From NCBI RefSeq assembly GCF_000007185.1, contig NC_003551.1:300001-332000 (forward strand): 32,000 nt of DNA, read 5' to 3'. Positions 19,350-29,454 of the stretch are shown one piece after another (position 1 is the first letter of the stretch; the number at the start of each line of letters is the position of its first letter). The position numbers and the translations under genes were made by a program. The stretch is from Methanopyrus kandleri AV19 (GTDB lineage: Archaea > JAADCQ01 > Methanopyri > Methanopyrales > Methanopyraceae). The notes beneath the pieces were generated by a model, which was given only the letters and a program-made list of their open reading frames with translations, was not told the origin of the DNA and searched no databases.

Positions 19350-19496
19350 AGACCGGTCCGAAAACTCCTGGACACCCTCGCGATCCGGGATCGCGCGATG
19401 ACCTCTAGGTCCCTCGCAACATTAGAGCTCTCACGCCATCTCCTGCGCAACCGTTGAATTAACTTCAAAGAGCTTGTACCAAGGGTACGACCGCCT

Positions 19497-20099
19497 GTGT
19501 GTGCGGCTGAAGATGGGGGTACACGTTTGTCGGACGACAAGCGCTCCTACGCCAGACCGCTCGGTAGGACCGCGATGTTCGTGGTCGCGTCCGGAGGGTA
19601 CTACCAGCTCTACTGGTTCTACCGCAACTGGAAGGACTTCAAGGAGTACCTAGGCCGCGACGTCAACGTGGTGCTCAGAACGATCGGGCTGTTCGTACCG
19701 TTCGTCAACCTCTACCTGGTGTGGAAGCAGTTCGTGGAGATCAACGAGTTACTCGAGGAGGCCGGACTCGACCCGTGTCCGACCAAGATCCTGTACCCGG
19801 TGTGGTTCGGGTTCTTCTTCGCCGGCAACAGGGGGATTTTCCACGCCGAGACGCGGGTGGACGCGCTCGGCGCGATCGTGGCGTTGATGGTGTCCTGCGT
19901 ACCGCTTCTGGTGGTGCAGAAGAAGCTCAACGAGTACTGGAGGGAGGTACAGGGGGGACTTACCCCCACGTGGAGTGTCCAAGGGCGAGCTGACGGTGGT
20001 GGCGGTGTCGTGCCTGCTGATATGGGGAGGGTTGCTGATCTGGGAGTGAACGCCCGATCCCGTCGCACCGACTCGGGTGAACCGCGGGCGGAGACGTAA
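19497..20099 (+). CDS. Small membrane protein resembling the DUF4234-type fold, with alternate C-terminal frame
   Basis: 'GYYQLYWFYRNWKDFKEYLGRDVNVVLRTIGLFVPFVNLYLVWKQFVEINELLEEAG...' with several TM segments. After about 19977 the +1 frame encodes a TM-like end 'KGELTVVAVSCLLIWGGLLIWE*' (stop 20047-20049). Confidence 0.55.
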   Translation: MCAAEDGGTRLSDDKRSYARPLGRTAMFVVASGGYYQLYWFYRNWKDFKEYLGRDVNVVLRTIGLFVPFVNLYLVWKQFVEINELLEEAGLDPCPTKILYPVWFGFFFAGNRGIFHAETRVDALGAIVALMVSCVPLLVVQKKLNEYWREVQGGLTPTWSVQGRADGGGGVVPADMGRVADLGVNARSRRTDSGEPRAET

Positions 20100-20211
20100 C
20101 CCGCGCGGAAAGGCCGGGGTCGGGTTCCACCGGTCGTACCCGGGAGCGCCGTCGGGATGAAGAGGTTATCCCACGCGGTGCCCGTCTGCCGCGCGGGGGG
20201 AGGTTGTCGCC

Positions 20212-21142
20212 GTGGGTGGTGGCGTTCGAGCGGCGTTCGGACTCGCCCTGGTGGTGTTGATCGCGGCCCCGTCGGCGGGAGCGGGAGCAGCGGCCGGGAT
20301 GCAGGAGGACCCGACGTGGGAAGAGTGGGCGCTGAGTCACGTCACGGTGGCCGTCGCGGGCGGGATGATCTCGTTCGCGGCGGCGTACGCGCTGGCGTCG
20401 GTCGCGGAGGCGGTGACCGGTGGACACGTCGGTGAACACGAACGTGGGGAGGTCGAGGCCTCAGCCACCTCGGCCGAGGTTCCCTCGGTGTACGGGCGGG
20501 GCGCGGCGGTGGGTCTGAAGGCCGGAACGATATTGTATCCGGCGCTGCCGATGACCTCGGCCTCGATCGGGATGATCTCGGGGTACCTGATGTCCGCGGA
20601 CGCGTGGAGGGGGACGTTGGGCGAGCGGACGTGCTGGCCGGGTTGGGGATCGTGGACGCGTCGATCAAGGGGCGGTCCTGCTCCCGTCGTTCGAAGTGCC
20701 GCTGTTGACCTCCCTGGTCGAAGGGGAGTGGGCCCCGTCCCACGATCCCCGGATGGGAGGCTTGGGACTCGCCATCACGGGTCTGCTGTTCCTCCTCCCG
20801 ACGATGGCGACGGCGGAGGTCGTCTGGGGACCGCTGGTGGTGACGCTCGTGACGGCGTTGAACGCCTGGTACGCGGTGAAGGCGCTCTCCTCGGGCCCGT
20901 CTCCCCTGGTCCCGCTGGCGCTGCTTGAGCCGGGACTGGCGGTGCTGTGCGTCGTCTGCGAACCCGTGAGGACGTGGCTGGCGGGGATCCCGAAACTGGT
21001 GGCCGGTGCGCTGATTTGTTTGGAAGGCCCGGTCGACCGGCTCTTCCGGGTGGACGAGGTATCCGACGACGGTGACGCTCGAGCCGACGCGGGCCGGTCA
21101 CCTATCCCCACCGGGAGCGCGGCCCACCTCACCTCACGATGA
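20212..21142 (+). pseudogene. Putative exported/membrane protein, probably frameshifted near 20640
   Basis: 'AAFGLALVVLIAAPSAGAG...VTVAVAGGMISFAAAYALASVAEAV...LKAGTILYPALPMTSASIGMISGYLMSADAW' in frame 1, then 'PLLTSLVEGEWAPSHDPRMGGLGLAITGLLFLLPTMATAEVVWGPLVVTLVTALNAWYAVKAL...' in frame 2. Confidence 0.45.
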
Positions 21143-21610
21143 TCCGTCGAGAGGACCGGAAGACACACGGACACCCATGCGAGCGTGACGGCAGTGGTTC
21201 GTCCCCCTCGCACACCGTCATTCGACCCTTACCCTCCGGCTTTTACCGGCCGGTTTCGGGTTGATGGGTGGGGGTCCGATCTCGTCCTCCGAGGGAATGG
21301 GTTTCAGTCGGTCGAGTCGTCAGTGCTTCCCCCGGGGTAGACTGGTGATGACCTGTGTTCCGGTGTTAAGGTTGGAAAGGTCTCAGGTTCATGGGACCGG
21401 TGGAGGAGCGTAAGACCTTGAGAGCCTTCCAATCATGCTGAAGGTGCCCACGTCGACCCGGGAGTTCTGAAGGAGCAGAACACACGTGCTGGCGTCGATT
21501 GTACGCGTGCCTCTCGGGGAGTCAATCCGGAAACGGGGTGGACGATGGGGAGAGCCGGTGTCCGATCTCTGGCGGACGGGTCTGGGGGGTGAGGGTTCTC
21601 CTCCGCGCTT

Positions 21611-22570
21611 TCACCTCCGTCGTACCGGTACGATCGGTACGATCAGCGGTGTCGGGACGATCCCACCGGTGGACTCCGTCGTACCGCGCTCGGACGCCGT
21701 TTCCCCTCGCTGGGGCGCGGGCCCGACCGGGGAGATCTCCATCACGACGAGCACTGGCAGGTAGCGGGTCAGGCTCAGGAAACGGGACGCCTTCCAGGTC
21801 GGGCCCGGGTCCACGCGGACGCCACCGGCCTCGACGGAGAGCCCGAACGGCAGGCCGGCCACGTCGACGATCACCGTGTTGACGTTGGCGGACCGCGAGG
21901 ACGGGGGTGCCGAGTAACTCCATTCCCCGGGGACGATCCAGCGCCACCGCCCGGTCTCCGGGTCGTACACCGCCACGAAACCGACGCTCAAACCGTGGAC
22001 CCTCACCTCGTACGCCGGGTTGGCGGCCGCCGGGATGGGCCACGCGAAGTACGTTCCCTGCTCTCCCTCGTGGGTCCGGCAGGTGGTCACCACCTCCAGG
22101 GTACCCAGCTGCTCGTCGTACCCTCCCGTCCCCTCCACCGGGAGGACGAAGGTCAGCTCCCGCCACCGGATCATCTTGTTCGGGAACAGGGCCTCGAGCG
22201 CGTCCATGTACGGCGTACTCCCGGAGTGCAGGTTGTAGGTCACCCACTCGATCTGATCCCTGTTACCCGGCCAGGTCACGGTCCGGACCGACACCGGCTC
22301 GACCTCGACCTCACCGCCCCGCTCGGGCTTCCACTTAGCCGTCACGAGCTCCGCATCGCTCGGCACGAGCACCTTGATGGGCACTCGGGTGCTCCCCTCG
22401 AGCCCGTAGCCGAGGACCTCGACCGTCAGGTGGGCCCGGACGGTGTTCTGGTCGGTGAGCGTCAGCTCGGTGCGCTCGGTGAGGTGGACCTTGGAGACCG
22501 GGCTCCAGGCGTCGGCGAGCGCGGACCCAGGTAGGACGAGGAGGATCGCCGCGAGGGCCGCGCCGAGCAC
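21611..22570 (-). CDS. Putative secreted protein with signal peptide
   Basis: 319-aa ORF 'MLGAALAAILLVLPGSALADAWSPVSKVHLTERTELTLTDQNTVRAHLTVEVLGYG...', beta-rich and intact. Confidence 0.7.
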   Translation of the reverse strand: MLGAALAAILLVLPGSALADAWSPVSKVHLTERTELTLTDQNTVRAHLTVEVLGYGLEGSTRVPIKVLVPSDAELVTAKWKPERGGEVEVEPVSVRTVTWPGNRDQIEWVTYNLHSGSTPYMDALEALFPNKMIRWRELTFVLPVEGTGGYDEQLGTLEVVTTCRTHEGEQGTYFAWPIPAAANPAYEVRVHGLSVGFVAVYDPETGRWRWIVPGEWSYSAPPSSRSANVNTVIVDVAGLPFGLSVEAGGVRVDPGPTWKASRFLSLTRYLPVLVVMEISPVGPAPQRGETASERGTTESTGGIVPTPLIVPIVPVRRR

Positions 22571-23191
22571 GGTCTTTCCCCCTCACCGAGCGTCGTGGTT
22601 GCGGTCTAGCGGTCATCGCGTACGCGCACGCACAGCCGATGAAAACTCGTTAAATTGATTTTCCGGAGAGAACCGAAACCACCGAAGGCGCGGAGCCTCC
22701 GAGACGTTTCCCCGGTGGCCGTCTTCAGGAGGCACGCTACCTCGCGGCGGTGCATCGCCGGTACCGGAGTTCAGGCGAGGGACCGGCGACGCCCGCCTTG
22801 CCACGCTAACGGGGCCAGTTATGTTCCCTTAATGGGTGTCCGACCCTGAAAGTCGGGTTGAGTGCACGCCCGTACCTCTCGCCTTCTGAGACGCGGTCTT
22901 CGGATACCCTTCCGGATCACCTCGACCGGCGATGGTGGAACGGACGCGTGGGCCGAGACTGGCTCTGTCGGCCGTAACGGAGCGGATTCCCCCATCATCC
23001 ATCCCGGTCGAGGGTACGACCTGCGGTAGGCTTGCCGATGAAACCGCAGCGGACGGGCGACCCGACCTCAGGAGCCGAGTTGGACAGCCATTGTATGGGA
23101 GACAGAGTATGTCCGGACGACAAGTTATATATCACGACACCGTCGCTCTCCTCCCGCTTCCATACAACTTGGGAGCATTTAAGGGGATCAC

Positions 23192-23818
23192 GTGCCGGGG
23201 TTGGTCGGATCGCACGTGCCCATACCCCATGACCCGGTCGAACGGATCCGGGCACTCCGCGTCCTGAGGGAGGTCTACCGTCGTGGGAAGAAGCCGAGTC
23301 TCGAGGTGACCTATCGGACCGTCAACGGGAGCACGTGCGGGCCGTACTACGTCGCGAGATGGCGTCGCGACTCCCGACACAAGCGCGGGCGCACGCTCTA
23401 CCTGGGCAAACCCGAGAACAAGAGTGTCCGGTTCGTCGAGTGGTTGGTCTCACTGGATCGTGAGGAGGTACTCGAGCTCGCGCGGCAGCTCATGAGGAAC
23501 CTCCGCTCGGTGCTCAAAACACTACTCACCGAGGTCTCGGACTTACCATACAAGAAAGCTCGACGAATACTGGCCCGCGGGCTCGCGCTAGCATTCGACG
23601 CCAGACCCGCGGGATCTCCCGGAATCCGGGACGTGTTGGAGAAGCTACCCGATCGACTCGAGTCCTTCCTAATCAGGACCCTCGGAGGATGGCCCGCCCA
23701 CTACTCGAGCTACCTGGGGAAGGTCATCCACTCCCGCAGGAAATCCCTCGACGGGAAACACGAGATCCCCGACGTGAAACTCGAATTAGAACGATGGAAG
23801 CTGCGACACGGCCGGTAA
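23192..23818 (+). CDS. Hypothetical protein, intact paralogue of the 16385-16745 remnant
   Basis: 208-aa ORF 'MPGLVGSHVPIPHDPVERIRALRVLREVYRRGKKPSLEVTYRTVNGSTCGPYYVARWRRDSRHKRGRTLYLGKPENKSV...'. TATA-like 'ttatatat' near 23122. Confidence 0.75.
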   Translation: MPGLVGSHVPIPHDPVERIRALRVLREVYRRGKKPSLEVTYRTVNGSTCGPYYVARWRRDSRHKRGRTLYLGKPENKSVRFVEWLVSLDREEVLELARQLMRNLRSVLKTLLTEVSDLPYKKARRILARGLALAFDARPAGSPGIRDVLEKLPDRLESFLIRTLGGWPAHYSSYLGKVIHSRRKSLDGKHEIPDVKLELERWKLRHGR

Positions 23819-24060
23819 CGCCGGTGAGAACGTTCATCACCTTCGGTTGCTACCCATGCGGCACTATCTGACGGAACACGATCGCCCGGGATTAGACGGT
23901 CGTTGGTGGTTCTGCAGTCCTTCGGGGTAACAACTGGGAGGAAGTACAGAGAGACCTATCCGTGCGTCCATGTGAGCTGACGGCGGATCGTCGTGCCCGC
24001 TGTTGTGTGTCGGTCGTCACCTTAGGACGTCAGGACGTCGATACTCACCTCGCGGGAGTC

Positions 24061-24486
24061 CTAATTCAGCTCCTCGGCGAGCTTCCGGATGGTGTCCGCG
24101 GACACGGGTTCCCGCTCCTCGAGTTCCACCTCTTCCCCCTTGTCTAGGGCACGCAGCCCCTCCGCGATGAGGTCGAGGAGCTCGACCTCGCGCTGGAGCT
24201 GCGGGAACCCGGGCCTGGGACCGCCTCCTCGGGTCCTCCGGCAGACCCTGGGGTCCCCGGCGGGGTACCCCCTCACCTTGGAGAACACGGCGTACCCGAA
24301 CTCCTCGCGGGCCCTCTCGGCGAGCTTCCGCAGCTCGTCCTCGGGACCGTCCGCGATGGCCCCGAAGCAGGTCTCCTTGATCGTCACTTCGGGCGGCGAG
24401 TTCTCGAGGAGCCACTGGACGAGCTCCTTCGGCGAGACGCCGGTACCGGGGGCTAGAGCGAAGTAGCGGCTGACGTTCAAGGGCAC
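24061..24486 (-). CDS. Methanogenesis marker protein 6-like protein
   Basis: From GTG 24486: 'VPLNVSRYFALAPGTGVSPKELVQWLLENSPPEVTIKETCFGAIADGPEDELRKLAERAREEFGYAVFSKVRGYPAGDPRVCRRTRGGGPRPGFPQLQREVELL...'. The 'KETCFGA..GPE' and 'GxPxGDPRxCR.RGGGPRPGF' segments are characteristic. The track start at 24705 would overlap thrB. Confidence 0.7.
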   Translation of the reverse strand: MPLNVSRYFALAPGTGVSPKELVQWLLENSPPEVTIKETCFGAIADGPEDELRKLAERAREEFGYAVFSKVRGYPAGDPRVCRRTRGGGPRPGFPQLQREVELLDLIAEGLRALDKGEEVELEEREPVSADTIRKLAEELN

Positions 24487-24529
24487 CACCCGGTCCCCCG
24501 GAGGGCCGGCGCTAAGTATCCTTGTCGGG

Positions 24530-25426
24530 GTGACGCCGTTGTCGACGGTCGTACGGGCACCGGCGACGATCGCCAACGTCGGTCCGGGGTTCGACGTGTT
24601 CGGGCTGGCCGTCGACGGGTTCCACGACGTCGTGGAGGCACACGAGGCGGACGGCGTGAGGATCGTCACCGAGGACCCGATCCCGACCGATCCCGAGCGT
24701 AACACGGCGGGACGTGTGGCCCTGAGGATGGTGGAGGAGTTCGACCTGCCCGGGGTGTCCTTGGAGATCAGGAAGGGCGTCCCGATGGGGGGATTGGGTA
24801 GCAGCGCGGCCTCGGCGGTGGCGGCGGCGGTGGCTATCGACCGGGAGTTCGAACTGGGGCTCGAGGAGTCCGAGCTGCTCAGGTTCGCGGCGGAGGGGGA
24901 GCGCGCGGCTGCGGGGGAACCCCACTACGACAACGTGGCCCCGTGCCTGCTGGGCGGTTTCGTGATCTGGCGGTTCGAGCGGGAGTACGTGAGGCTGGAG
25001 GTGCCGGGAGACCTCAGGTTCGTGACGGTGACGCCGACCGGGGTGAGGGTGACCACCGAGGAGGCCAGGAAGGCCCTCAGGGAGCGGCCGCCCTCGCTGG
25101 ACGACGTGGTGAACAACCTCTCGGCGGTGGCGCTGATGGTGCACGCGCTCCACGAGGAGGACGCGGAGACGTTCGCGAGGATGGTCGGATGGGACAGGAT
25201 CTCGGAACCCGTGCGTAAGCGGTTCGTACCCCGGTACAGGGAGCTCCGGGAGACCGCCTACGGGACCGGAGCGCTGGGGTTCGCGATCAGCGGGGCGGGA
25301 CCGACTGTCTTCGCCGTGTGCTGGCGCGAGGACGCCGAGGACGTCAGGACGGCGCTCGAGGACGTGTTGGACGGGAAGTGCGTGTCGGCCGTGCACCGGG
25401 TCTCGGACGGGGCGGAAGTGGCTTAG
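24530..25426 (+). CDS. thrB: Homoserine kinase
   Basis: 'VRAPATIANVGPGFDVFGLAVDG' and the GHMP-kinase motif 'GVPMGGLGSSAASAVAAAVAI'. Confidence 0.93.
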   Translation: MTPLSTVVRAPATIANVGPGFDVFGLAVDGFHDVVEAHEADGVRIVTEDPIPTDPERNTAGRVALRMVEEFDLPGVSLEIRKGVPMGGLGSSAASAVAAAVAIDREFELGLEESELLRFAAEGERAAAGEPHYDNVAPCLLGGFVIWRFEREYVRLEVPGDLRFVTVTPTGVRVTTEEARKALRERPPSLDDVVNNLSAVALMVHALHEEDAETFARMVGWDRISEPVRKRFVPRYRELRETAYGTGALGFAISGAGPTVFAVCWREDAEDVRTALEDVLDGKCVSAVHRVSDGAEVA

Positions 25427-25465
25427 CCTCTCCGTCAGCGGCCTGGAACGTCCTCACCGATCGGG

Positions 25466-25573
25466 CGGCCGATTAGATCATCATCCGGAGAGGGTCTTCC
25501 GACGGTTCACACCGTCGTGGATCAGCGGCGGCCTGTGTCCTCATCCCTTCGGACGGCCGATTAGATCATCATC
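25466..25573. repeat. Short direct repeat (20 bp, 88 bp apart) at the 3' end of cbiD
   Basis: CGGCCGATTAGATCATCATC occurs at 25466-25485 and 25554-25573. The second copy overlaps the cbiD C-terminal codons (DDDLIGR). Confidence 0.85.
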
Positions 25574-26770
25574 GTACCCGCGAACCAGCCGCTTCCAGCC
25601 CTCCCCCTCGACGACTTCTTCCGAGTCATCCGCACGAAAATACAGCGCGCACCCGCACTCGAGGTCGTGATCGGAGCTCACCCGCTCCTCGACGAGCTCG
25701 CAGACGCGTTCGAACAGCTCCCGACGGACGTCCGGATCGAGACTCCTCAGAAACTCGGATATTAGCCCCTCGTGACGCGCCGCCTCGACCGCGAGGTCGG
25801 GCCGGCCGATCTCGACCAGCCGGGTCACCAGGGACTCGCGGCGCGCGTCGGCCACCTTGGCGTGCGTGTTGTACGCGCCCGCCGCGAGCTTGAGCAGCTT
25901 ACCGGGCATCCCGAAGATCAACACGGCGTCGAACCGCTTGACCTCTCCGTCCGCCGGGACACCGGTCTTCACGGCCTCGAGCGCCAGGTCGTACCTGCCG
26001 TGGCAGTTGACGATATCACGGGAGGGTATCCCGAGTCGTCGCGCCCGGTCCATGGTCCTGTACCCGGTGACCAGGCAGGGGACGCGTTCGACGTACCGGA
26101 GATCGCTTCGGATCGACCCCTCGATCGCCTCCTCGGAGTTCGGGTCCACCAGGCCCTTCGTCCCCAGGATCGAGATGCCTCCCTCTATCCCGTGACGGTG
26201 TGCCAGGGTCTTGCGGGCGATCTCCTCGCCGTCCGGCACCTCGATCGTGACCCTGAGCCCGACTCCGTAGGAGTCGACGAGGTAGCGCAGGTTGTCAACG
26301 ATCTGTTCCCGCACGGCCTCGGAGATCGCGGGTTTCCCGGAGGGTGTCTCACCGACCCCCCTACCCGCGCGTATCTCGACACCCTCGGAACCGGTCTCCT
26401 CGACCCGGGCGGCGATGGTGACGCCCGTAGTGACGTCCACGTGGTCGTCGCTCCCGGGTTTCCTCACCCTGGCTTCGGACGGGTCTCCACCGACGCGTGA
26501 GATCCGGACGCCTATAACGGTCCCCACCGGGAGGCGGACGCGGACGGTCCGTACCGTCCTGCCCTCCAGGAGCCGGATGGCCGCGGCCTTGGCGGCGGCG
26601 GTGGCGCAGGTCCCCGTGGTGGGTCCGCGCCGGAGCACCCGGGCTCCGTCGGTCGTGATCAGGCCGGTGCGTACCAGGTACCGGGCCGTGGGGAGGTCGA
26701 CGTCTAGTTCTCTCCTCACGAGCTCGAGGTCTACGGGGATCCCGCGTATCGGGTCGAGGAGGTCGTTCAT
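25541..26770 (-). CDS. cbiD: Cobalt-precorrin-5B C1-methyltransferase
   Basis: 409-aa ORF with 'LRRGPTTGTCATAAAKAAAIRLLEG' and 'ITAALGGTKG/GISILGTKGLVDPNSEEAI'-type motif. Confidence 0.92.
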   Translation of the reverse strand: MNDLLDPIRGIPVDLELVRRELDVDLPTARYLVRTGLITTDGARVLRRGPTTGTCATAAAKAAAIRLLEGRTVRTVRVRLPVGTVIGVRISRVGGDPSEARVRKPGSDDHVDVTTGVTIAARVEETGSEGVEIRAGRGVGETPSGKPAISEAVREQIVDNLRYLVDSYGVGLRVTIEVPDGEEIARKTLAHRHGIEGGISILGTKGLVDPNSEEAIEGSIRSDLRYVERVPCLVTGYRTMDRARRLGIPSRDIVNCHGRYDLALEAVKTGVPADGEVKRFDAVLIFGMPGKLLKLAAGAYNTHAKVADARRESLVTRLVEIGRPDLAVEAARHEGLISEFLRSLDPDVRRELFERVCELVEERVSSDHDLECGCALYFRADDSEEVVEGEGWKRLVRGYDDDLIGRPKG

Positions 26771-27753
26771 ACCAGGTCGGCCACCTCCTGGGGCTCGACG
26801 ACGCCCTTCTCGGTGATGATCGCGTCGATGAGCTCCGGTGGCGTGACGTCGAACGCCGGGTTGAGGGCCGGCACGTCCTCCGGGGCCACCCGGACACCGC
26901 GGACGTTCTTCACCTCGTCCTCGGACCTGTGCTCGATCGGGATGTCTTCGCCGGTCTCGGTCTCGGGGTCGATGGTACTGGTGGGAGCCGCCACGTAGAA
27001 AGGTACGTCGTGGCGGTCCGCCAGCACGGCGATCTGGTAGGTCCCGATCTTGTTGGCGACGGACCCGTCCAGGGCGATGCGGTCCGCCCCCACGATGATC
27101 GCGTCGACCTTACCGCTCGCCAGCACGTACCCCACGGCCGTGTCGGCTATCAGCGTCACCGGTATGCCGTCCCTCGAGAGTTCCCAACAGGTGAGTCGTG
27201 CCCCCTGCTGCACGGGACGCGTCTCGGTCGCGATGACCTCGACCTCTTTGCTCATGTTGAACACCGCGGACCGGACGACACCGAGGGCCGTCCCCCAGTC
27301 CACGCAGGCGAGGGCTCCGGCGTTGCAGTGGGTGAGCACCGTGCACTCGTCGGGCAGTAGTTCGGCCCCATGGTCGCCGAGCTCCCGATTCACTTCCACG
27401 TCTTCCCGGAGGATCCGCTCGGCCTCCTTCCGCGGGTTTTTGGCTTCCTCCATCCTCTCGAGCGCCCAGAAGAGGTTGCGTGCCGTCGGACGTGTATTAC
27501 GGAGTCGTTCGATGGCCTCTCCGTAGTCCTCGTCCCGCTCGTACGCCACCCACGCGCCCAAGGCGGCGACGGCGCCGATGAGAGGTGCCCCTCGGACGCG
27601 CATGTTCTCGATCGCTTCCGCGGCGTCCTCGTAGGACGTGCATTCACGCCAAACCTCTCGGTCCGGTAGCTCCGTTTGGTCCAGGACCTCGAACCGTGCC
27701 TCGTCCCAGTACACCCGCAACGTCAACGTTTTAAACGCGGACACGGGCTTCAC
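26767..27753 (-). CDS. mtnA: Methylthioribose-1-phosphate isomerase / eIF2B-alpha-like
   Basis: 'ENMRVRGAPLIGAVAALG', 'VLTHCNAGALACVDWGTALGVVRSA', 'ATETRPVQQGARLTCWEL', 'GADRIALDGSVANKIGTYQIAVLA'. The true start may be an internal TTG ('LTLRVYWDEARFEVLDQ'). Confidence 0.92.
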   Translation of the reverse strand: MKPVSAFKTLTLRVYWDEARFEVLDQTELPDREVWRECTSYEDAAEAIENMRVRGAPLIGAVAALGAWVAYERDEDYGEAIERLRNTRPTARNLFWALERMEEAKNPRKEAERILREDVEVNRELGDHGAELLPDECTVLTHCNAGALACVDWGTALGVVRSAVFNMSKEVEVIATETRPVQQGARLTCWELSRDGIPVTLIADTAVGYVLASGKVDAIIVGADRIALDGSVANKIGTYQIAVLADRHDVPFYVAAPTSTIDPETETGEDIPIEHRSEDEVKNVRGVRVAPEDVPALNPAFDVTPPELIDAIITEKGVVEPQEVADLV

Positions 27754-27837
27754 CCCTCCCGATGACCGGAGCGGGATGCTGATAAGGTGACTGAGATGAC
27801 GATCGGGTTATGAGGGGAGGGCGCCGGGAGTCACGAT

Positions 27838-28425
27838 GTGATCGGGGTGTTACCATTGTTCATACTGGTCACCTCAAACTTCCTGTCTTTCAACCGGTAC
27901 ACGGTCACGCGGGAGGAGCTGTTCGAGACTGGCTATAACCTCGTGACCAAGCTGTTGAAAGATCCGCCTAGGCCGTACCATACCGTCAAAATCAGGGTGA
28001 ACGGGAAGAAGGGGAAGGTACTGACGCACGCCGGAGAACCCGTGCTCTTCGTTTTTGCCGGATACCCAGGCGTTTCTGAAGATGCTAAGGTGTTCGTGGA
28101 GATGAACGGTAAGGAGGAAGCTATCAAACCTGGATCCACGGTTAATTTGGACTGGGAGGACCCGAACGAGGTACTCTCAAACGTTACCGGGTTCTTCGCC
28201 GGGAGCAGGTACCACTACGAGCAGAGTGTGGTCCTAGCCGGAGCTAGCCTGACCCTATCCACTGTACTACCGGAAGATCTCATCGAAAGGCTGAAGGAGC
28301 TGGGACCTCCGAAGAAGCTGCCCGAAAGAGCGGGAGGAGAGGAGTTGAAAGTCCGGAGGATGACCTCCTCTGAGGGTATCTTGAGTTCCATCAGACGACT
28401 ACTCTTGAGGTTCCGGCGTCAGTAA
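27838..28425 (+). CDS. Hypothetical exported protein
   Basis: 195-aa intact ORF, hydrophobic start 'MIGVLPLFILVTSNFLSF', convergent with nrpR (7-bp overlap). Confidence 0.65.
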   Translation: MIGVLPLFILVTSNFLSFNRYTVTREELFETGYNLVTKLLKDPPRPYHTVKIRVNGKKGKVLTHAGEPVLFVFAGYPGVSEDAKVFVEMNGKEEAIKPGSTVNLDWEDPNEVLSNVTGFFAGSRYHYEQSVVLAGASLTLSTVLPEDLIERLKELGPPKKLPERAGGEELKVRRMTSSEGILSSIRRLLLRFRRQ

Positions 28426-29402
28426 CGACGGGCATCTTCTAGCGAGGAGTACTCCACTAAAGTGCGCGTGGGATACGTCCGGGTCGAGATACCGCGTTCT
28501 TCGAGGAGGGCCACCGGGACCAATCCACCGTACGCCACGATACCCAAGCTTCTGGGCGGGAGTGGGATTCCCAAGATTTCCCCTTCAACCTTGGGAACGT
28601 CCACGATCCCACGGATGTCGGCTTTCTCGAGCTCGCGTTCGACGTGTTCGACGTCCTCCAGCGCCGCCCACGGTACGTACCTGACGTTGGCGGGGACTAA
28701 CCCGGTACCGGTTTCTAGAACGCGTTCGACCTGGGTCATCCCTTTGGCGACGAACACGTGGAGAGGATCCACCGTGGATCCTTCGTACTTTATGTACTCC
28801 TGCATGCCCAGAGGTTCGCCGTCCTCGAGGTAAAGCAGACCTCCGCAGACGGGTGTGACCGGGATACCCCGGTTGATCAGAACACCGTCAATGGTGACGG
28901 AACACACCGTGAGCACGGCGACCTCGTCCTCCCCCACCTCGACGTCGTGATCCGACAGATCCTCTTTAACCGCCACCAGCGGGCTGGGCGAGATGCCAGC
29001 ACGGTACGTCTCGACTACTGCGTCGAGGAAGTCGTCGAGGTGTTCCCTCTTCACCACGGAGATGTTGCAAACTACCTTCCCTTTCATGACCTCGGGATCG
29101 AAGGAGCAACGGTACGCCATCTCCTCAATGAGAGAAATGTACATACCCACGCGTTCCGACGAGGTTTCCGTCTTCAGCATCGTGAGGCCCCATTCGGTGA
29201 TCTCGGCCCCGACGACCCTGTCGTTCCTCCGAACCCTTCGGATCAGTCCCCTCTCCTCCATCTTCTGAAGGCGGTACCGTATGGAACGCGTGCTGTACTT
29301 CTCACCGAACCGTTCCTCGATGAGCTCGGCGATTCGACCGGAGCCCATGGGTCGGTCCGCCTCGGCGAGTATCTTGAGGATCATCACGTCCAGCCGGTTC
29401 AT
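28419..29402 (-). CDS. nrpR: NrpR-type nitrogen regulator (HTH plus one DUF128/NRD domain)
   Basis: 'LDVMILKILAEADRPMGSGRIAELIEERFGEKYSTRSIRYRLQKMEERGLIRRV' winged helix, followed by 'RVGMYISLIEEMAYRCSFDPEVMKGKVVCNISVVKREHLDDFLDAVVETYRAGISPSPLVAV...'. Confidence 0.88.
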   Translation of the reverse strand: MNRLDVMILKILAEADRPMGSGRIAELIEERFGEKYSTRSIRYRLQKMEERGLIRRVRRNDRVVGAEITEWGLTMLKTETSSERVGMYISLIEEMAYRCSFDPEVMKGKVVCNISVVKREHLDDFLDAVVETYRAGISPSPLVAVKEDLSDHDVEVGEDEVAVLTVCSVTIDGVLINRGIPVTPVCGGLLYLEDGEPLGMQEYIKYEGSTVDPLHVFVAKGMTQVERVLETGTGLVPANVRYVPWAALEDVEHVERELEKADIRGIVDVPKVEGEILGIPLPPRSLGIVAYGGLVPVALLEERGISTRTYPTRTLVEYSSLEDARRY

Positions 29403-29454
29403 TTCGTTTCAACCCCTGTAACGATAAGGTGGGTAGGAAAAGAAGGTTCCGGGC

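Noticed and set aside
19378-19396. Near-palindrome cgcgatccgggatcgcg downstream of the multi-TM ORF
   Set aside because: A short GC-rich palindrome with no T-tract. Such palindromes are expected often in this composition, so it is insufficient for a terminator call.
26813-27360. Assorted ORFs opposite cbiD and mtnA
   Set aside because: Antisense to strong known-family CDSs, and composition is typical of GC shadow ORFs.
29436-29450. GGAA-N7-TTCC between glnA and nrpR (ggaaaagaaggttcc)
   Set aside because: Spacing is N7, not N6, and it overlaps the glnA-nrpR spacer close to the glnA stop codon. Not called as an NrpR operator, though autoregulation could be tested by EMSA.
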